From assembly GCA_046331705.1 (NCBI GenBank), contig JAXLQJ010000012.1, positions 1-64,000 of the forward strand: DNA of 64,000 nt, in the 5' to 3' direction. This DNA comes from a bacterium. Its GTDB lineage: Bacteria; JADJOY01. The first letter of the stretch is position 1. The number at the start of each line of letters is the position of its first letter. The notes under the pieces were generated by a model. That model saw nothing but the letters and a program-made list of their open reading frames with translations. It searched no databases and was not told the origin of the DNA. The position numbers and the translations under genes were made by a program. Positions 17,335 through 28,265 of the stretch are shown here, one piece after another.

Positions 17335-19409
17335 ATGCAACGGAGTCGGCTGCGTCGCCGCGCCACGGCGGCGATTCTCGTCACCCTGATCGGTCTCGCG
17401 GCTTGCAGCGGGGGCAACTCGGCATCGCCGCCTCCGCCTCCCCGCCGACCTCGCTCGCGCTCGACGTGGTCTTCCCTCCGCCGCGCTCGCTTTACGAGGG
17501 CGACCGGATCACGGTTCGCGGAACGACCGTGGGCTCGCCCACGGTGGAGAGCGTCGAGGTGGCCGGGGTGGCGGCCACTTCCAGCGACGCCTTCCGGACG
17601 TGGCAAGCGTCGCTGCCGCTCGAGCAGGGCGACACGACGTTCGAGGTGCGCGCCCGCGGCTCGATCGACGGTGCCCCGCGGGAGGAAAAGGCCGTCCAGG
17701 AGGTGACGGCCCACCCGCTCCTCGACAGCCCGCAGGCAATCGAGGTGGATCGAGCCCACGACGCGTGGGTGGTCCAGACCGGCTCCGGCCTGCTCGTGAT
17801 CGATCGTGCCACCGGCGCGCGCCGCCGAGTGTCGGTCGGAGGCGATCTCACCGGACTCGACGACCTCGGCCAGCGCGCCTTCTTGGTCGGCTGCGGGGGG
17901 CGCGGGAACTTGTGCTCGATCGCCGTGGTCTCGCTTCTCGATGGTTCGCAGCTCTTCGATCTCTTCGTCGGCTGGGCCTCGAGCAGCGTCGCCGTCGACG
18001 AAACGCGAGGTCGCGTCCTCTACCACGACTCGAGCGAGCTGCTGCGTCTCTACGCGACTGACCTCACGAGCGGTGCGACGACGCTGGAGTGGAAGTCGGC
18101 GGACGATCCGGCGTACGGAAGCTACGGACCGATCGCGTTCGATGCGGCCCACGACCGAGTCATCGGCACCGATGGGCATCGCCCCGGACGGTTTCTCGCG
18201 GGCCTCGATCTCAACTCGGGCGTCGAGCAGGTGCTGTCGCCGTCGGGGACCGATGCGGAAGCCGACATCGACAATGCGTCGAAACTCTGCGTCACGGCGG
18301 CCGGCGACCGCGTCTACACCGCGAGCCGTCCCGACGCCGACACGACTGCGCGTACGATCCTCGCCGTGGACCTCGCGACCGGCGAGCGGTACGAGCTGAG
18401 CGGCCCTGCGCGCGGCGCCGGTCCTGCGCTCGGCGAAACCAGTGGTCTCGCCCTCGAGGAGTCGCAGAACCGCCTGCTCGCCGCTCATCCCACCGAGCAG
18501 TCGATCGTCGGGATCGATCTCGCGAGTGGCGATCGGTCGTTCGTGCTGGCGGATCGCATCGGCGAGGGTCCGGCGCTCGCCGGCGGCCCCTTCACCGTGG
18601 ACCGGGACGCGGGGCGCGCTTTCCTCGTGTCGGGACGCCGCGTGCTGGAGATCGACCTCGCGACCGGCGACCGGCGCGTCGTCACCGACGACGCCGACGG
18701 TGCCAAGCCACAAGTGTGCACGCCTTCCGCGATCACCGCAGCGGGCGATCGTCTGTGGGTGGCTGCCTACGGAACGTGCGGGGGGCCCAAGGGCACGATC
18801 CCGCTCGTCGAGGTGGACCGAAAGACCGGCGTGCGCACGCTGATCTCCGCGGATGCGCGAGGGGAAGGTCCTGGCCTGAAAGCGGTGTCCGGGATCGCGT
18901 TCGACGGCGGCGGCCGGCTGTTCGCCGTCGATCCCTCACTTCACGCGCTCTTCGCCATCGACTTCGACACCGGCGATCGGCATCTCGTGACGGACGGCAC
19001 GCGCGGCACCGGGCCTGCCATGGGCGACGTCCGGTCGATCGCGTACGAGCCCAGTCGCGCTCGACCCCTCGTGGGCGCCAGCGACGGGATCTTTGCGATC
19101 GATCCCGCCACCGGCGACCGCGTGCTGCTCGCGGCACCGCCTGTCGGGGACGATGGGAACGCAGTTCGCCCGGGACCGATCGCCGTGGATGCGACAGGCG
19201 AGCGTGCGTGGTTCACGGACACCGAGCGCATCGCCGAAGCGGATCTCACGTCGGGGACGAGCCGGGTGCTGCCCGGACGGTTCAAGAACCTCGACGGCCT
19301 CGGCGCCGTGTCCGGATCGAAAGTCCTGGTGGGCTGGAACGACTACGATCTGCACGCGGTCTTCTGGATCGACCCGGTAACCGCGGAGACCGCCGTGATC
19401 TCCCGCTGA
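17335..19409 (+). CDS. Lipoprotein with Ig-like N-terminal region and repeated beta-propeller blades; apparent frameshift near 17440
   Basis: GGGGAG plus ATG 17335 gives a signal peptide and lipobox LAAC-SGG, then poly-Pro. The body continues in ORF 17403..19409 with many IDLATGDR-like repeats. Confidence 0.7.
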
Positions 19410-19422
19410 AGCGCACGGGAGA

Positions 19423-22029
19423 TCAGTCGTCGTCGAGGTCGTGCGTGACCCGCCGCTCTTCGCGCTCTTCGCGGCCGGGCTCTTCCAGCGTCCGGACGAG
19501 GTCCGGCACCGCGGGCGGCGGCGTGCCCTTTCGGTAGCGCCAGTAGAGCTCGGCCGCCTCGGGATTCTTGTCGATCTCCGACCAGTCGAAGCCGCGCGAC
19601 ATCGCCGTCAGCTCGTTCTCCGGTCCGGTGTAGACCACGTCGGGGAAGCGTCGCGCCTCGCGCACGAAAGGGGTGTCGTCGGGCCGGGTCGTGAAGACGT
19701 CGTACATGCCGGTGGCCTTCGCGTCCCAGCGGTGCATCGGTGCCGAGCCCAGGATCAGCTCGATGGTCTTGTGGATGTTGGGCATGGAGTACTGCACGCT
19801 CGAGGTGTAGTTCCGCTTCACCCATGGCCCCGCGGCCACCATCGGGCAGCGGTGCTTCTCGACGTGGTCGTAGCCGTGCTGCGAGTCGTCCTCGAAGATC
19901 ACCACCAGCGACTCGTTCCACACCGGGCTGTGGGAGATCGTGTCCACGACCATGCCCACGGCCTCGTCGTTGTCCGCCACCCACGCCTCGGGCACGAGCT
20001 GGCCGACCGAAAGGCCGAAGCCGTGGTTGTTGGGCAGGAAGATCCACGAGAAGGCCGGGACCGTGCCGTTGGCGACGCTGGCGCCGAACTCCTTCTGGAA
20101 TTGCAGCGCGCGGTCGTGGTCCTTGAACTGCGAGTCGAGCAGAAACGGGTAATCGAGCAGGATGTTGCCGCGGTAACGGTCGAGGAGGCTGAGCCCGAAG
20201 TTCTCGGCGCCGCCGAAGCCGAAGGCGAAGATGCCTTGCTCGATGAGGTGCGGCATGAAGAAGCGTGATTCGGGGATGGTGCCCGGCGTCAGGCTCACGG
20301 CGGGATCGGAGAGCCCGTAGTCGCCGTAGTCGAGCACCCACACCTTCTCCACCCAGTCGGGCTCGATGCCGGCGGCGGCCCATTGGTGGCCGTCGATCGA
20401 GCTCTCGCTGTCGCAGTAGAAGTTGTCGAAGAGCGTGTACTCACGCGCCAGCTTGCGCTGGTTCGGGATCACGTCCTCGCCCCACAGCGTGTAGCTCGGC
20501 TCGCCGTCGCCCTTGCCGAGATCGCCGTACGCCGAGTCGTAAGAAAAGTTCTCCTTGATGATGAAGAACACGTGCTTGATCGGCGAGCGGCCGCTGGCGT
20601 CCGGGCTCGGCAGCGCCGTGTCGTTGCCCTTCGAGAGGTCGAAGTAGCGCGATTGGCGGTCGTTGTTCTCCGCGACGATCGTGGTGAGCTCCTGGAGCCG
20701 TTCGCTCGAAGGGATCGGCGTCGCGAGCAGCGAGCCGAAGAGCTGGCGTCCCACCGGATCGGTGCTCGCGAAATCGTCGGTGCCGTTCACGAACGTGGTG
20801 GGGCCGTCGCCGCGCCCCTTGCCGTTGAGCACGTAGAGCGTCTTCGAGTCCGGCGAGAGTGCCACGTCGGTTGGATACCACTCGGTGGGAATCGTGCCGC
20901 GCACCGAGCCGGCGGTCACGTCCACCACCGCCACCAGGTTCTCGCCGGCGCCGGCGACGTAGAGCGTCTTGCCGTCGGGCGTGAGCGTCATGAGCGTGGG
21001 ATAGATGCCCTTGAGCGCGGCGCCGTCGTCGTGGAGCGAGATCCGGCGCGTGACGGCGAGCGTGCTGGCGTCGATCTCCACGATCTCGTCGGTCTTGTTG
21101 CACGCGACCAGCACGCGCTTGCCGTTGGGCGTGACCACGATCCCTTCGGGGCCGAGGCCCACGTGGACGGCGCCGATCGAGCGCGCCGCGTCGAGATCGA
21201 GCACGGTCACGGTGTCGCCCTGCGCCGGGTTCGCCACCGTGGAGATGTTCGACGCGAAGAGTCGCTTGCCGTTCGGAGTGAGCGCGAGCGCGTACGGCTC
21301 GGGTCCGGTCGCGATGTCGAGTTGCGCGCCGGTCGCGAGATCGAGCCGCGCGACCTTCTTCTGGATGAAGCAGCTCGTGTAGAGCTGCGATTCGTCGGTC
21401 GAGAGCACGACGTCCGTCGTGTAGCAGTCGTGAAGCTCCCAGAGCCGATCGAAGGTCACGCGCCCGTCGCCATCGAAGCGATAGCGCTGGATGGTTCGGT
21501 CGTAGCCGCCAGCGGCGTAGAGCCGCTCGCCCGCGGCGTCGAAGCGCAATCCCAAGTGCATGGAGCGGCGCTGCATGGGCACTTCCTGCACCACCTGCAT
21601 CGTTCGGAGATCGACGACGCGCAGTCGCTCTTCCTTGTCGCGATGGTCGGCGGGATCCTTGATGGTGCCGAAGCCATTCTCGTTGACGGCGGCGAATCGG
21701 CCGCCCGGGTGGATGGCGATCCGCGTGGGGAACGTCCCGAGGCGCAGCGCGGGAGCGACCGGCCGGATCAGGCGGCCGTTGACGAGGATGTTCGAGTCTC
21801 CAGCGCTGGCGGTGGGACGCGCGAACGCGAGCTCGTTGGCCACCGGAAAGGCTGGTTCGCGGCAATGTCCGGAGGAGCAGACACCGTCCCCCGCGCATTC
21901 GAGCGATGATTGGCAACGCGCGGTACCGCTGTCGCAGCCGGCAGCGGCGCTCAGCACGAGCGCGAGAAGCCATGCGCGTGCAGCGCGCGGGGAAAGCGGC
22001 GCCGGCCGCGACTCTTCCGGAAGTGACAT
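19423..22029 (-). CDS. YncE/YVTN beta-propeller fused to phosphoesterase (alkaline-phosphatase superfamily), lipoprotein
   Basis: Lipobox AAAGC, xTPxGK blades, PIKHVFFIIKEN, FDNFY, S-DGHQW, EDDSQHGYDHV. Confidence 0.85.
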   Translation of the reverse strand: MSLPEESRPAPLSPRAARAWLLALVLSAAAGCDSGTARCQSSLECAGDGVCSSGHCREPAFPVANELAFARPTASAGDSNILVNGRLIRPVAPALRLGTFPTRIAIHPGGRFAAVNENGFGTIKDPADHRDKEERLRVVDLRTMQVVQEVPMQRRSMHLGLRFDAAGERLYAAGGYDRTIQRYRFDGDGRVTFDRLWELHDCYTTDVVLSTDESQLYTSCFIQKKVARLDLATGAQLDIATGPEPYALALTPNGKRLFASNISTVANPAQGDTVTVLDLDAARSIGAVHVGLGPEGIVVTPNGKRVLVACNKTDEIVEIDASTLAVTRRISLHDDGAALKGIYPTLMTLTPDGKTLYVAGAGENLVAVVDVTAGSVRGTIPTEWYPTDVALSPDSKTLYVLNGKGRGDGPTTFVNGTDDFASTDPVGRQLFGSLLATPIPSSERLQELTTIVAENNDRQSRYFDLSKGNDTALPSPDASGRSPIKHVFFIIKENFSYDSAYGDLGKGDGEPSYTLWGEDVIPNQRKLAREYTLFDNFYCDSESSIDGHQWAAAGIEPDWVEKVWVLDYGDYGLSDPAVSLTPGTIPESRFFMPHLIEQGIFAFGFGGAENFGLSLLDRYRGNILLDYPFLLDSQFKDHDRALQFQKEFGASVANGTVPAFSWIFLPNNHGFGLSVGQLVPEAWVADNDEAVGMVVDTISHSPVWNESLVVIFEDDSQHGYDHVEKHRCPMVAAGPWVKRNYTSSVQYSMPNIHKTIELILGSAPMHRWDAKATGMYDVFTTRPDDTPFVREARRFPDVVYTGPENELTAMSRGFDWSEIDKNPEAAELYWRYRKGTPPPAVPDLVRTLEEPGREEREERRVTHDLDDD

Positions 22030-22185
22030 GAGGTGATCCTCGGCGGCCGGACCGAAGTGGCCGCGCCGCCGAGGATGCAACAAATCAGCGCCGAGTGACG
22101 ACCCCGTGACGCCGTGGTCGAGCGTCGGGCATGACGCACGCCTTCGAGCTCTCCCGGTGCCGGTGGCACCGGGAGAGCGTTGCGA

Positions 22186-23055
22186 TCACTCGAGCGGCAG
22201 CGGCTTGCGGCCGAACACGCGCACGCTCGCGATCTTGCCCTCGAGCTGCCTCGCGAGGCCGAGCGCGGTGTCGCGCGTGCGCGGCAGACCGAGCTGCTCG
22301 AGAAGCGCCATCAGCTCGCCCTCGGCGTCCGAGGCGAAGCCCAGGATCGACTCGGCGTCGTAGACGAAGCGATCCCGCACGGCGACGTCGACGAGGCCGG
22401 CGGCGCGCAGCCCACCCAGATACTCGGCCTCCGGAATCGCACCCGCCACGCACGAGACGTAGAGCGAGATGCTGTGCTTCGCCCAATCGGGCATCTCCTC
22501 GGCGACGATGTCGGACACCAGCATCCGTCCGCCGGGCTTGAGCACGCGGGCCACCTCGCCGAAGACCTTCGGCTTCTCGGGCGAGAGGTTGAGGACGCAG
22601 TTCGAGATGATCCAGTCGACGCTGCCGGTCTCGATCGGCAGCGCCTCGATGATGCCCTTGCGGATCTCGACGTTGGCGAGGCCGGCGGCGGCGACGTTCT
22701 GGCGCGCGCGCTCGATCATCGCGTCGGTCATGTCGACGCCGATGACGCGACCGCTGGGGCCGACCTTGCGCGCCGCGAGGATCAGATCGAGCCCGGCGCC
22801 CGAGCCGAGATCGACGACCACGTCGCCGGGGCCGATCTCGGTGAGCGCCGTCGGGTTGCCGCAGCCGAACGTCGTGCCGGTGGCCTCGCTCGGCACGCTG
22901 GCGAGCTCCGCCGCGGAGTAGCCGATCGATTCGGCCTTCTCCGTCGTCGGCGTGCAGGACGTCTGCGATCCGCAGCAAGACGAGCCGCGGGTGACGGCGG
23001 CGGCATAGGCGCGGGAAACGGATTCGCGGACTTCGTTGGGTCGTGCTTCAGTCAT
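22186..23055 (-). CDS. arsM: Arsenite S-adenosylmethionine methyltransferase
   Basis: SCCG, FGCGNP, DLGSGAG, ISNCVLNL, SCVAGA. Directly downstream of an ArsR gene. Confidence 0.85.
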   Translation of the reverse strand: MTEARPNEVRESVSRAYAAAVTRGSSCCGSQTSCTPTTEKAESIGYSAAELASVPSEATGTTFGCGNPTALTEIGPGDVVVDLGSGAGLDLILAARKVGPSGRVIGVDMTDAMIERARQNVAAAGLANVEIRKGIIEALPIETGSVDWIISNCVLNLSPEKPKVFGEVARVLKPGGRMLVSDIVAEEMPDWAKHSISLYVSCVAGAIPEAEYLGGLRAAGLVDVAVRDRFVYDAESILGFASDAEGELMALLEQLGLPRTRDTALGLARQLEGKIASVRVFGRKPLPLE

Positions 23056-23545
23056 GGCTCTTCTCCTTTGCTCGATGGGTTCGTGGCTTCGCGTTGGATC
23101 GAGCGCGGGCGCGCCGCGCGTTGCTCGCGGGCGCCTCGCTCGGAGTGGCCGGCTCCGAGGGAGGCGTGCACGAGACGGCGCAGCAGCTCGGCTGATCGGG
23201 TGGACAGCAGGCTTCGATGGCGTCGGCGATGGCGCGCAGCGTGCGGGCGACCTCGCCGAAGCGCACCGTGTAGCGGACCTCGCGTCCGTTGCGTTCGGCG
23301 GCGAGGATGCCGGCGTCGAGGAGGGTCTTCAGGTGCCGCGACACCACCGAGAGATCGGTGGTGCAGCACGCGGCGACCTCGCTCACCTTGGTGGGCTGAC
23401 CCGCGGTGGCGAGCTGGCTCAGAATGCCGACGCGATTCGGATCGCAGAGCGCCTTGAAGAAGCGCGTCGAGAGGAGCTCGCCCAGGCTCGGGCAGCAGCC
23501 CTCGGCGAGTGCCGCGGGAAGATGAGGATTGCGTGCTTGTGCCAT
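23048..23545 (-). CDS. arsR: ArsR/SmtB-family metalloregulator
   Basis: FKALCDPNR, VSRHLKTL, Cys pairs (GCCP, ACC, ACCP, SCC). Start ATG 23545. Confidence 0.85.
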   Translation of the reverse strand: MAQARNPHLPAALAEGCCPSLGELLSTRFFKALCDPNRVGILSQLATAGQPTKVSEVAACCTTDLSVVSRHLKTLLDAGILAAERNGREVRYTVRFGEVARTLRAIADAIEACCPPDQPSCCAVSCTPPSEPATPSEAPASNARRARARSNAKPRTHRAKEKSHD

Positions 23546-23551
23546 GACGCA

Positions 23552-23580
23552 ATAATTGCTTATTAATGCAACTATGTCAA
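23552..23580 (-). promoter_or_regulatory. Sigma70-like promoter with overlapping ArsR-type inverted repeat
   Basis: TTGACA on the minus strand (23580-23575). TAATTGC-N8-GCAACTA imperfect palindrome at 23553-23574 in an AT-rich patch just upstream of the ATG. Confidence 0.7.
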
Positions 23581-23737
23581 GGCCCACGTTGCCGAAGCGC
23601 GAACGGCACCGCGGCGGTCACGGTCCGCCCGGGCATCGAGCGACCGACGTCGCCGCGCGGACGCGCTCACGCCGAGTGCCGCCCAGTGCCGCCGTGCGCT
23701 TCCGGGCGCACGCGTCGGGGCGCTCTCGGAGTCGCGC

Positions 23738-24469
23738 TCAGCGCGCTTCGGCGCCCGCGAAGATCGGCTCGCCAGCGAGCCAGCGCGCTTCCGCGTCGGG
23801 TGTCTCGAGCGCGACGCGAATCGCGGCGGTGAGCTCGAGGCGCTCACCGTCGAGCCCCGCCGCGCCGATGCCCTCGGCGACGCCCGCCGCAACCGCGCGG
23901 GTGACTTCCCACTGCACGTTCTCGATCTCGAGGTTGCCGCTGCGCGGCCGCTCGTACTCGACCTTGCAGCGCTCGACGTCGAGCGAGCTCCAGCTTCGAC
24001 AGCGCAGCGGACGCACCGGATGGACCGAGCACGAGAAGTCCTCGAGCAGCGCGCAGGGGAGGCGGGTATCGGCGCGCGCCTCCCGTCCGAGTCCGCGCGT
24101 TCGATCGTCGAGGCACGCGAGCTTCTCGCGCACGCGCTCGAGGGACTCGGGCGAGCGGGTTTCGCGCAGGAAGCGCGTCACGCGCAACGCCTCGGCGGCG
24201 CTCACCACCACGTGAACGTGGCAACACCAGCCGCAGCCCGCTTGGCACGCGATGCGCTCGTGGAGCGTGCTCTCGCCCCGCAACGCGTCCGTGAGGCGCA
24301 CGGCGAGCTCGGCGGAATCGCCGAGGAGCGCCTCGAGCGACACGCGCTCGCGCGGTGCCGCGAGCCCCTCGGCGATCGAGCGGCGCGTGGCGTCGCGGAC
24401 GAACGCCGCGAGCCCGCCGGTCGAGTCCTGCGCGTCTGCCTCGTTCATGGGCGTCGCGGGATCGGTCAT
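23738..24469 (-). CDS. YkgJ-family (CxxCxxCC) cysteine-cluster protein
   Basis: CQAGCGWCC, CALL, CSVHPVRPLRCR. Confidence 0.8.
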   Translation of the reverse strand: MTDPATPMNEADAQDSTGGLAAFVRDATRRSIAEGLAAPRERVSLEALLGDSAELAVRLTDALRGESTLHERIACQAGCGWCCHVHVVVSAAEALRVTRFLRETRSPESLERVREKLACLDDRTRGLGREARADTRLPCALLEDFSCSVHPVRPLRCRSWSSLDVERCKVEYERPRSGNLEIENVQWEVTRAVAAGVAEGIGAAGLDGERLELTAAIRVALETPDAEARWLAGEPIFAGAEAR

Positions 24470-24591
24470 CGGTGAAGTCCTCGCGCGTGCAGCGCCGGTG
24501 TCGCGGGCGTGAACAATGGGGCGCGATCGGCTAGCTTCGCGGCAGTGCCGCGCGCCGGCTCGTGGCGGGCGCGTGGCGAGGAGGAGATCCC

Positions 24592-26724
24592 GTGAAGCGA
24601 AGCACGATCGGATGCGTTGTGGTGAGCCTGTGGATCGCTGGCTGCGCGAAGACGGCGCCAGCGCCGGAGGCACCTGCCGTGGCGCCGGCCGTCGCAGCGC
24701 CGGCGCCCGAAGCCGCCACCGACCTCATCCCGCGCGACGTCCTGTTCGGCAATCCCGATCGCGCGTGGCCCATCCTCAGTCCCGACGGGAAATCCCTCGC
24801 GTTCCTGCAGCCGGAGCAAGGCGTTCTCAACGTGTGGGTCGCACCGGTGGGCAAGCTCGAGCAGGCCAAGCCCGTCACGCACGATCGCGGCCGTGGCATC
24901 CACGAGTATTTCTGGGCGTACACCAACAAGCACATCCTCTACTTGCAGGACAAGGACGGCGACGAGAACGACAAGGTCTTCGTGGTCGACATCGTCACCG
25001 GCAAGGAGAAGGTGCTGACGCCCTTCGACGAGATCCTCGGACCCGACGGCAAGGCGATCACCGGCCCGGACGGCAAGCCGCTGCGTCCCAAGGCGCTCAT
25101 CGCCGAGGTGAGCCCCAAGTTCCCGAACGAGATCCTGATCGGTCTCAATCAGCGCAACCCCAGCTTCCACGACATCTATCGCCTCGACATCAAGTCGGGA
25201 GCGTTGCGCCGTGTGCTCAAGAACGACGAGTTCTCGAGCGTGGTCACCGATCGTGATCTGCGCGTGCGATTCGGCATGCGTCCGCTTCCGGAAGGCGGCT
25301 ACGAGCTGGTCGACATCAGCTCGCCGTCCGCGCCCAAGACCTTCACCAAGGTGGACCTCGAGGACGTCATCACCACGCACCCGATCACGCTCGACTCGAC
25401 TGGCCGCATGCTCTACATGCAGGACAGTCGCAAGCGCGACACCGCCGCCCTCGTGGCGTTCGAGCTCGGCTCGGGCAAGAGCCGCGTGCTGGCCGAGGAG
25501 GCGGGCGCGGACCTGAGCGAGATCCTGGTCCATCCCACGCGGTTGCAGGTGCAAGCCGCGGGCTTCGAGCACGCCCGGCTCGCCTGGCGAGCGCTGGACC
25601 CGAGCGTCGAGGCGGACGTGAAGGCGATCTCGGCGATCGGCGACGGCGACTGGCGCGTGCTCAGCCGTTCGCTCGACGACAGGCGCTGGATCGTGTCGTT
25701 CGAGGTCGACGACGGGCCGCGCCGCTTCTATCTCTACGAGCGCGCCACCAAGAAGCCGACGTTCCTGTTCGCGAACCGAACCCGGCTCGAGTCGGTGAAG
25801 CTCGCCAAGCGCCACCCGGTCACGATCAAGAGCCGGGACGGGCTCGACCTGGTGAGCTACTACACGCTGCCGCTCGACGCGGATGCGTCCGGCTCGGGGA
25901 AGGTGACGAAGCCGCTGCCCATGGTGCTCTGGGTCCACGGCGGCCCGTGGTATCGCGATTCGTGGGGCTACGAGCCGATCCACCAGTGGATGGCCAACCG
26001 CGGCTATGCGGTGCTGAGCGTGAACTACCGCGGCTCCACCGGCTTCGGAAAGGCATTCGTGAACGCCGGCAATCGCGAGTGGGCGGGCAAGATGCACGAG
26101 GATCTGCTCGACGCCGTCGACTGGGCCGTGAAGGAGGGAATCGCCGATCCCGCGCGCGTGTGCATCACGGGCGGCAGCTACGGCGGCTTCGCGACGCTCG
26201 TCGGGCTCACGTTCACGCCCAAGACGTTCGCGTGCGGCGTGGACATCGTCGGCCCCTCGAACCTCGTGACGTTCATGCAGACGCTCCCGCCCTATTGGCA
26301 GCCCGAGGTCGACGAGATGCGCAAGCGCATCGGCGACGAGCGCACCGAGGAGGGGCAGGCGTTCCTGAAGAGCCGCTCGCCGATCTCGCGCGTCGCGGAG
26401 ATCGAACGTCCGCTCTTGATCGGCCAGGGCGCCAACGATCCGCGCGTGAAGCAGGCCGAGTCCGATCAGATCGTGAACGCGATGCTCGGCAAGAAGATCC
26501 CCGTGACCTATCTGCTCTATCCCGACGAAGGCCATGGCTTCCAGCGACCGGAAAACCAGCTCTCGTTCTTCGCCGTGATGGAGGCGTTTCTCTCGAAGCA
26601 CCTGGACGGGCGCTACGAGCCGATCGGCAATTCCTTCGCCGGTTCGTCGGTCGAGGTGCTCGAAGGACGCTCGCTCGTTCCCGGTCTCGCCGACGTGAAG
26701 AGCGCGCGCCCGAAGAAGGATTGA
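24592..26724 (+). CDS. S9-family (prolyl oligopeptidase/acylaminoacyl) peptidase, lipoprotein
   Basis: VHGGPW, NYRGSTGFGK, GGSYGG, QGANDPRV, YPDEGHGF. Lipobox IAGC. GTG start after GAGGAG. Confidence 0.93.
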   Translation: MKRSTIGCVVVSLWIAGCAKTAPAPEAPAVAPAVAAPAPEAATDLIPRDVLFGNPDRAWPILSPDGKSLAFLQPEQGVLNVWVAPVGKLEQAKPVTHDRGRGIHEYFWAYTNKHILYLQDKDGDENDKVFVVDIVTGKEKVLTPFDEILGPDGKAITGPDGKPLRPKALIAEVSPKFPNEILIGLNQRNPSFHDIYRLDIKSGALRRVLKNDEFSSVVTDRDLRVRFGMRPLPEGGYELVDISSPSAPKTFTKVDLEDVITTHPITLDSTGRMLYMQDSRKRDTAALVAFELGSGKSRVLAEEAGADLSEILVHPTRLQVQAAGFEHARLAWRALDPSVEADVKAISAIGDGDWRVLSRSLDDRRWIVSFEVDDGPRRFYLYERATKKPTFLFANRTRLESVKLAKRHPVTIKSRDGLDLVSYYTLPLDADASGSGKVTKPLPMVLWVHGGPWYRDSWGYEPIHQWMANRGYAVLSVNYRGSTGFGKAFVNAGNREWAGKMHEDLLDAVDWAVKEGIADPARVCITGGSYGGFATLVGLTFTPKTFACGVDIVGPSNLVTFMQTLPPYWQPEVDEMRKRIGDERTEEGQAFLKSRSPISRVAEIERPLLIGQGANDPRVKQAESDQIVNAMLGKKIPVTYLLYPDEGHGFQRPENQLSFFAVMEAFLSKHLDGRYEPIGNSFAGSSVEVLEGRSLVPGLADVKSARPKKD

Positions 26725-26763
26725 GCGCGCGGACCGCGCGTCCGTCATGCGCCGCGAGGTGAG

Positions 26764-27222
26764 GTGGACGCTCGCCTGGATGTCGCACGCGGAGCCATCG
26801 CCATGCTCGACGGCCTCACGCTCTCACGCGAGTGGATGGTCGGGCTGGTCATCGCTTCCCTCGTCACGCTGATCGCGAGCCCGCTGGTGCTCGCGGCCGT
26901 GCTCGCGTGGATGCCTGCGGACTATTTTCGGAACGACCCGGCGCCGCCCTCGAGCTTCGCCGGCCGGCATCCCGCCGTGCGGATCGCCTTTCACGTCGCC
27001 AAGAACGTGGTGGGGACGCTGCTGTTCGCCGCGGGCGTGGTGATGCTCGTGACGCCGGGGCAGGGGGTGCTCACGATCCTCGCCGGCCTCCTCTTGCTCG
27101 ATCTGCCCGGCAAGCGCGTGGTCGAGCTGCGCATCGTGCGTAACCCGCACGTCCTGCGCGCCGTCAACAAGCTGCGCGCGCGCGCTCACCATCCGCCGCT
27201 CGAGCTGCCGCCGGAGGATTGA
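26764..27222 (+). CDS. PGPGW-domain-like small membrane protein
   Basis: Three hydrophobic segments, KNVVG...MLVTPGQGVLTIL. Start could be ATG 26803. Confidence 0.7.
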   Translation: MDARLDVARGAIAMLDGLTLSREWMVGLVIASLVTLIASPLVLAAVLAWMPADYFRNDPAPPSSFAGRHPAVRIAFHVAKNVVGTLLFAAGVVMLVTPGQGVLTILAGLLLLDLPGKRVVELRIVRNPHVLRAVNKLRARAHHPPLELPPED

Positions 27223-27285
27223 TCCGGGCCCACTTGGCGGGCCGGGATGTTCCTCGCCCCGAAGCCGGTCGCGGGGGCGAAGGGG

Positions 27286-27684
27286 TCACCGGTTCTTCTC
27301 CGCGGCGCGTAGCTCGGCGATTCGCGAACGGATCAAGCGTTTCACGAGCGCGGCCGATGGCTGCGCAGTCAGCGGAAACCGAATCGTGCCCTTCGACGTC
27401 TCGTACGGTTCGAGCGCGGCGGCGTGGGCGCGGCGGATCGACTCGCTCATCGGGTAGAGGCTGGTGTGGTGCTTCCACGCCGCGTACCAAACGAAGGCTC
27501 GGCCGTCGAGCCGGAAGCCGGGGATTCCGTAGCTGAACGCCTCGATGGCATCGGGTGCGGCTGCGCGGATCGCGTCGCGAAGCGCGCGCAGGCTCTTGCG
27601 CGCCTCGGGCGAGAGCGCCGCGAGATAGGCGCGCACCTCGGCTCGAACCCGGGCTGCGTCCTGCTTCGTGGAAGGCTTGCTCAC
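27286..27684 (-). CDS. DUF1801 (YdhG-like) protein
   Basis: C-terminal part of ORF 27286..28188. [30 protein letters not shown]. Confidence 0.85.
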   Translation of the reverse strand: MSKPSTKQDAARVRAEVRAYLAALSPEARKSLRALRDAIRAAAPDAIEAFSYGIPGFRLDGRAFVWYAAWKHHTSLYPMSESIRRAHAAALEPYETSKGTIRFPLTAQPSAALVKRLIRSRIAELRAAEKNR

Positions 27685-27719
27685 GTTCGACTCCCGCCTG
27701 GTGGCTCGATTCGTCGCGG

Positions 27720-28265
27720 TCACTCGGGGCGCGCCGGTGCGGGAAACCCGCGAAACGTCCCCGTCGAGTCGACGGAGTCGGCGAAGTCCTCGATTCCCAT
27801 GTTGCCCACGGAGAGATTGTTCTCGATCACCCACATCTGCGATGGGATCACCCGGAAGGTGCGGTGCTCGTTCCGAAGCTCCACGAAGAGCAGCGCTCGG
27901 TCCTCTCGCTGAAGCGTCTCGGCGTCCACCAAGAAGAGAAAGCCGTGCCGATAGCGGCGGACGTCGAGCGTCAGCACGTCGTCCCGCGACAATCCTTCGA
28001 ACGCGCGATCGTCGAGAAAGCGCACGTAGGCCGTGAAGCCCTCGACGGGATCCGGCCTTTCCACCAGCGCGCGGACGCGTTTCCAGCTCGAATCGTCCGA
28101 GAACACGGTGCGAACGACGAGCGGGTGCTCGGAGCTCGGGAGCCTGGCGCGGCGCGCCCCGTGACCGCCGTCCGCGTCGCGATCGCATCCGAGGAGAGCC
28201 AGGGCGGCGACGAGACCCAACGCCGTGGCCCGGATGCGCGAACGGAGATGGGTCGACGGCTGCAT
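27720..28265 (-). CDS. Hypothetical lipoprotein, DUF6924-like
   Basis: LLGC lipobox, [18 protein letters not shown]...[10 protein letters not shown]...DFAD. Confidence 0.7.
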   Translation of the reverse strand: MQPSTHLRSRIRATALGLVAALALLGCDRDADGGHGARRARLPSSEHPLVVRTVFSDDSSWKRVRALVERPDPVEGFTAYVRFLDDRAFEGLSRDDVLTLDVRRYRHGFLFLVDAETLQREDRALLFVELRNEHRTFRVIPSQMWVIENNLSVGNMGIEDFADSVDSTGTFRGFPAPARPE

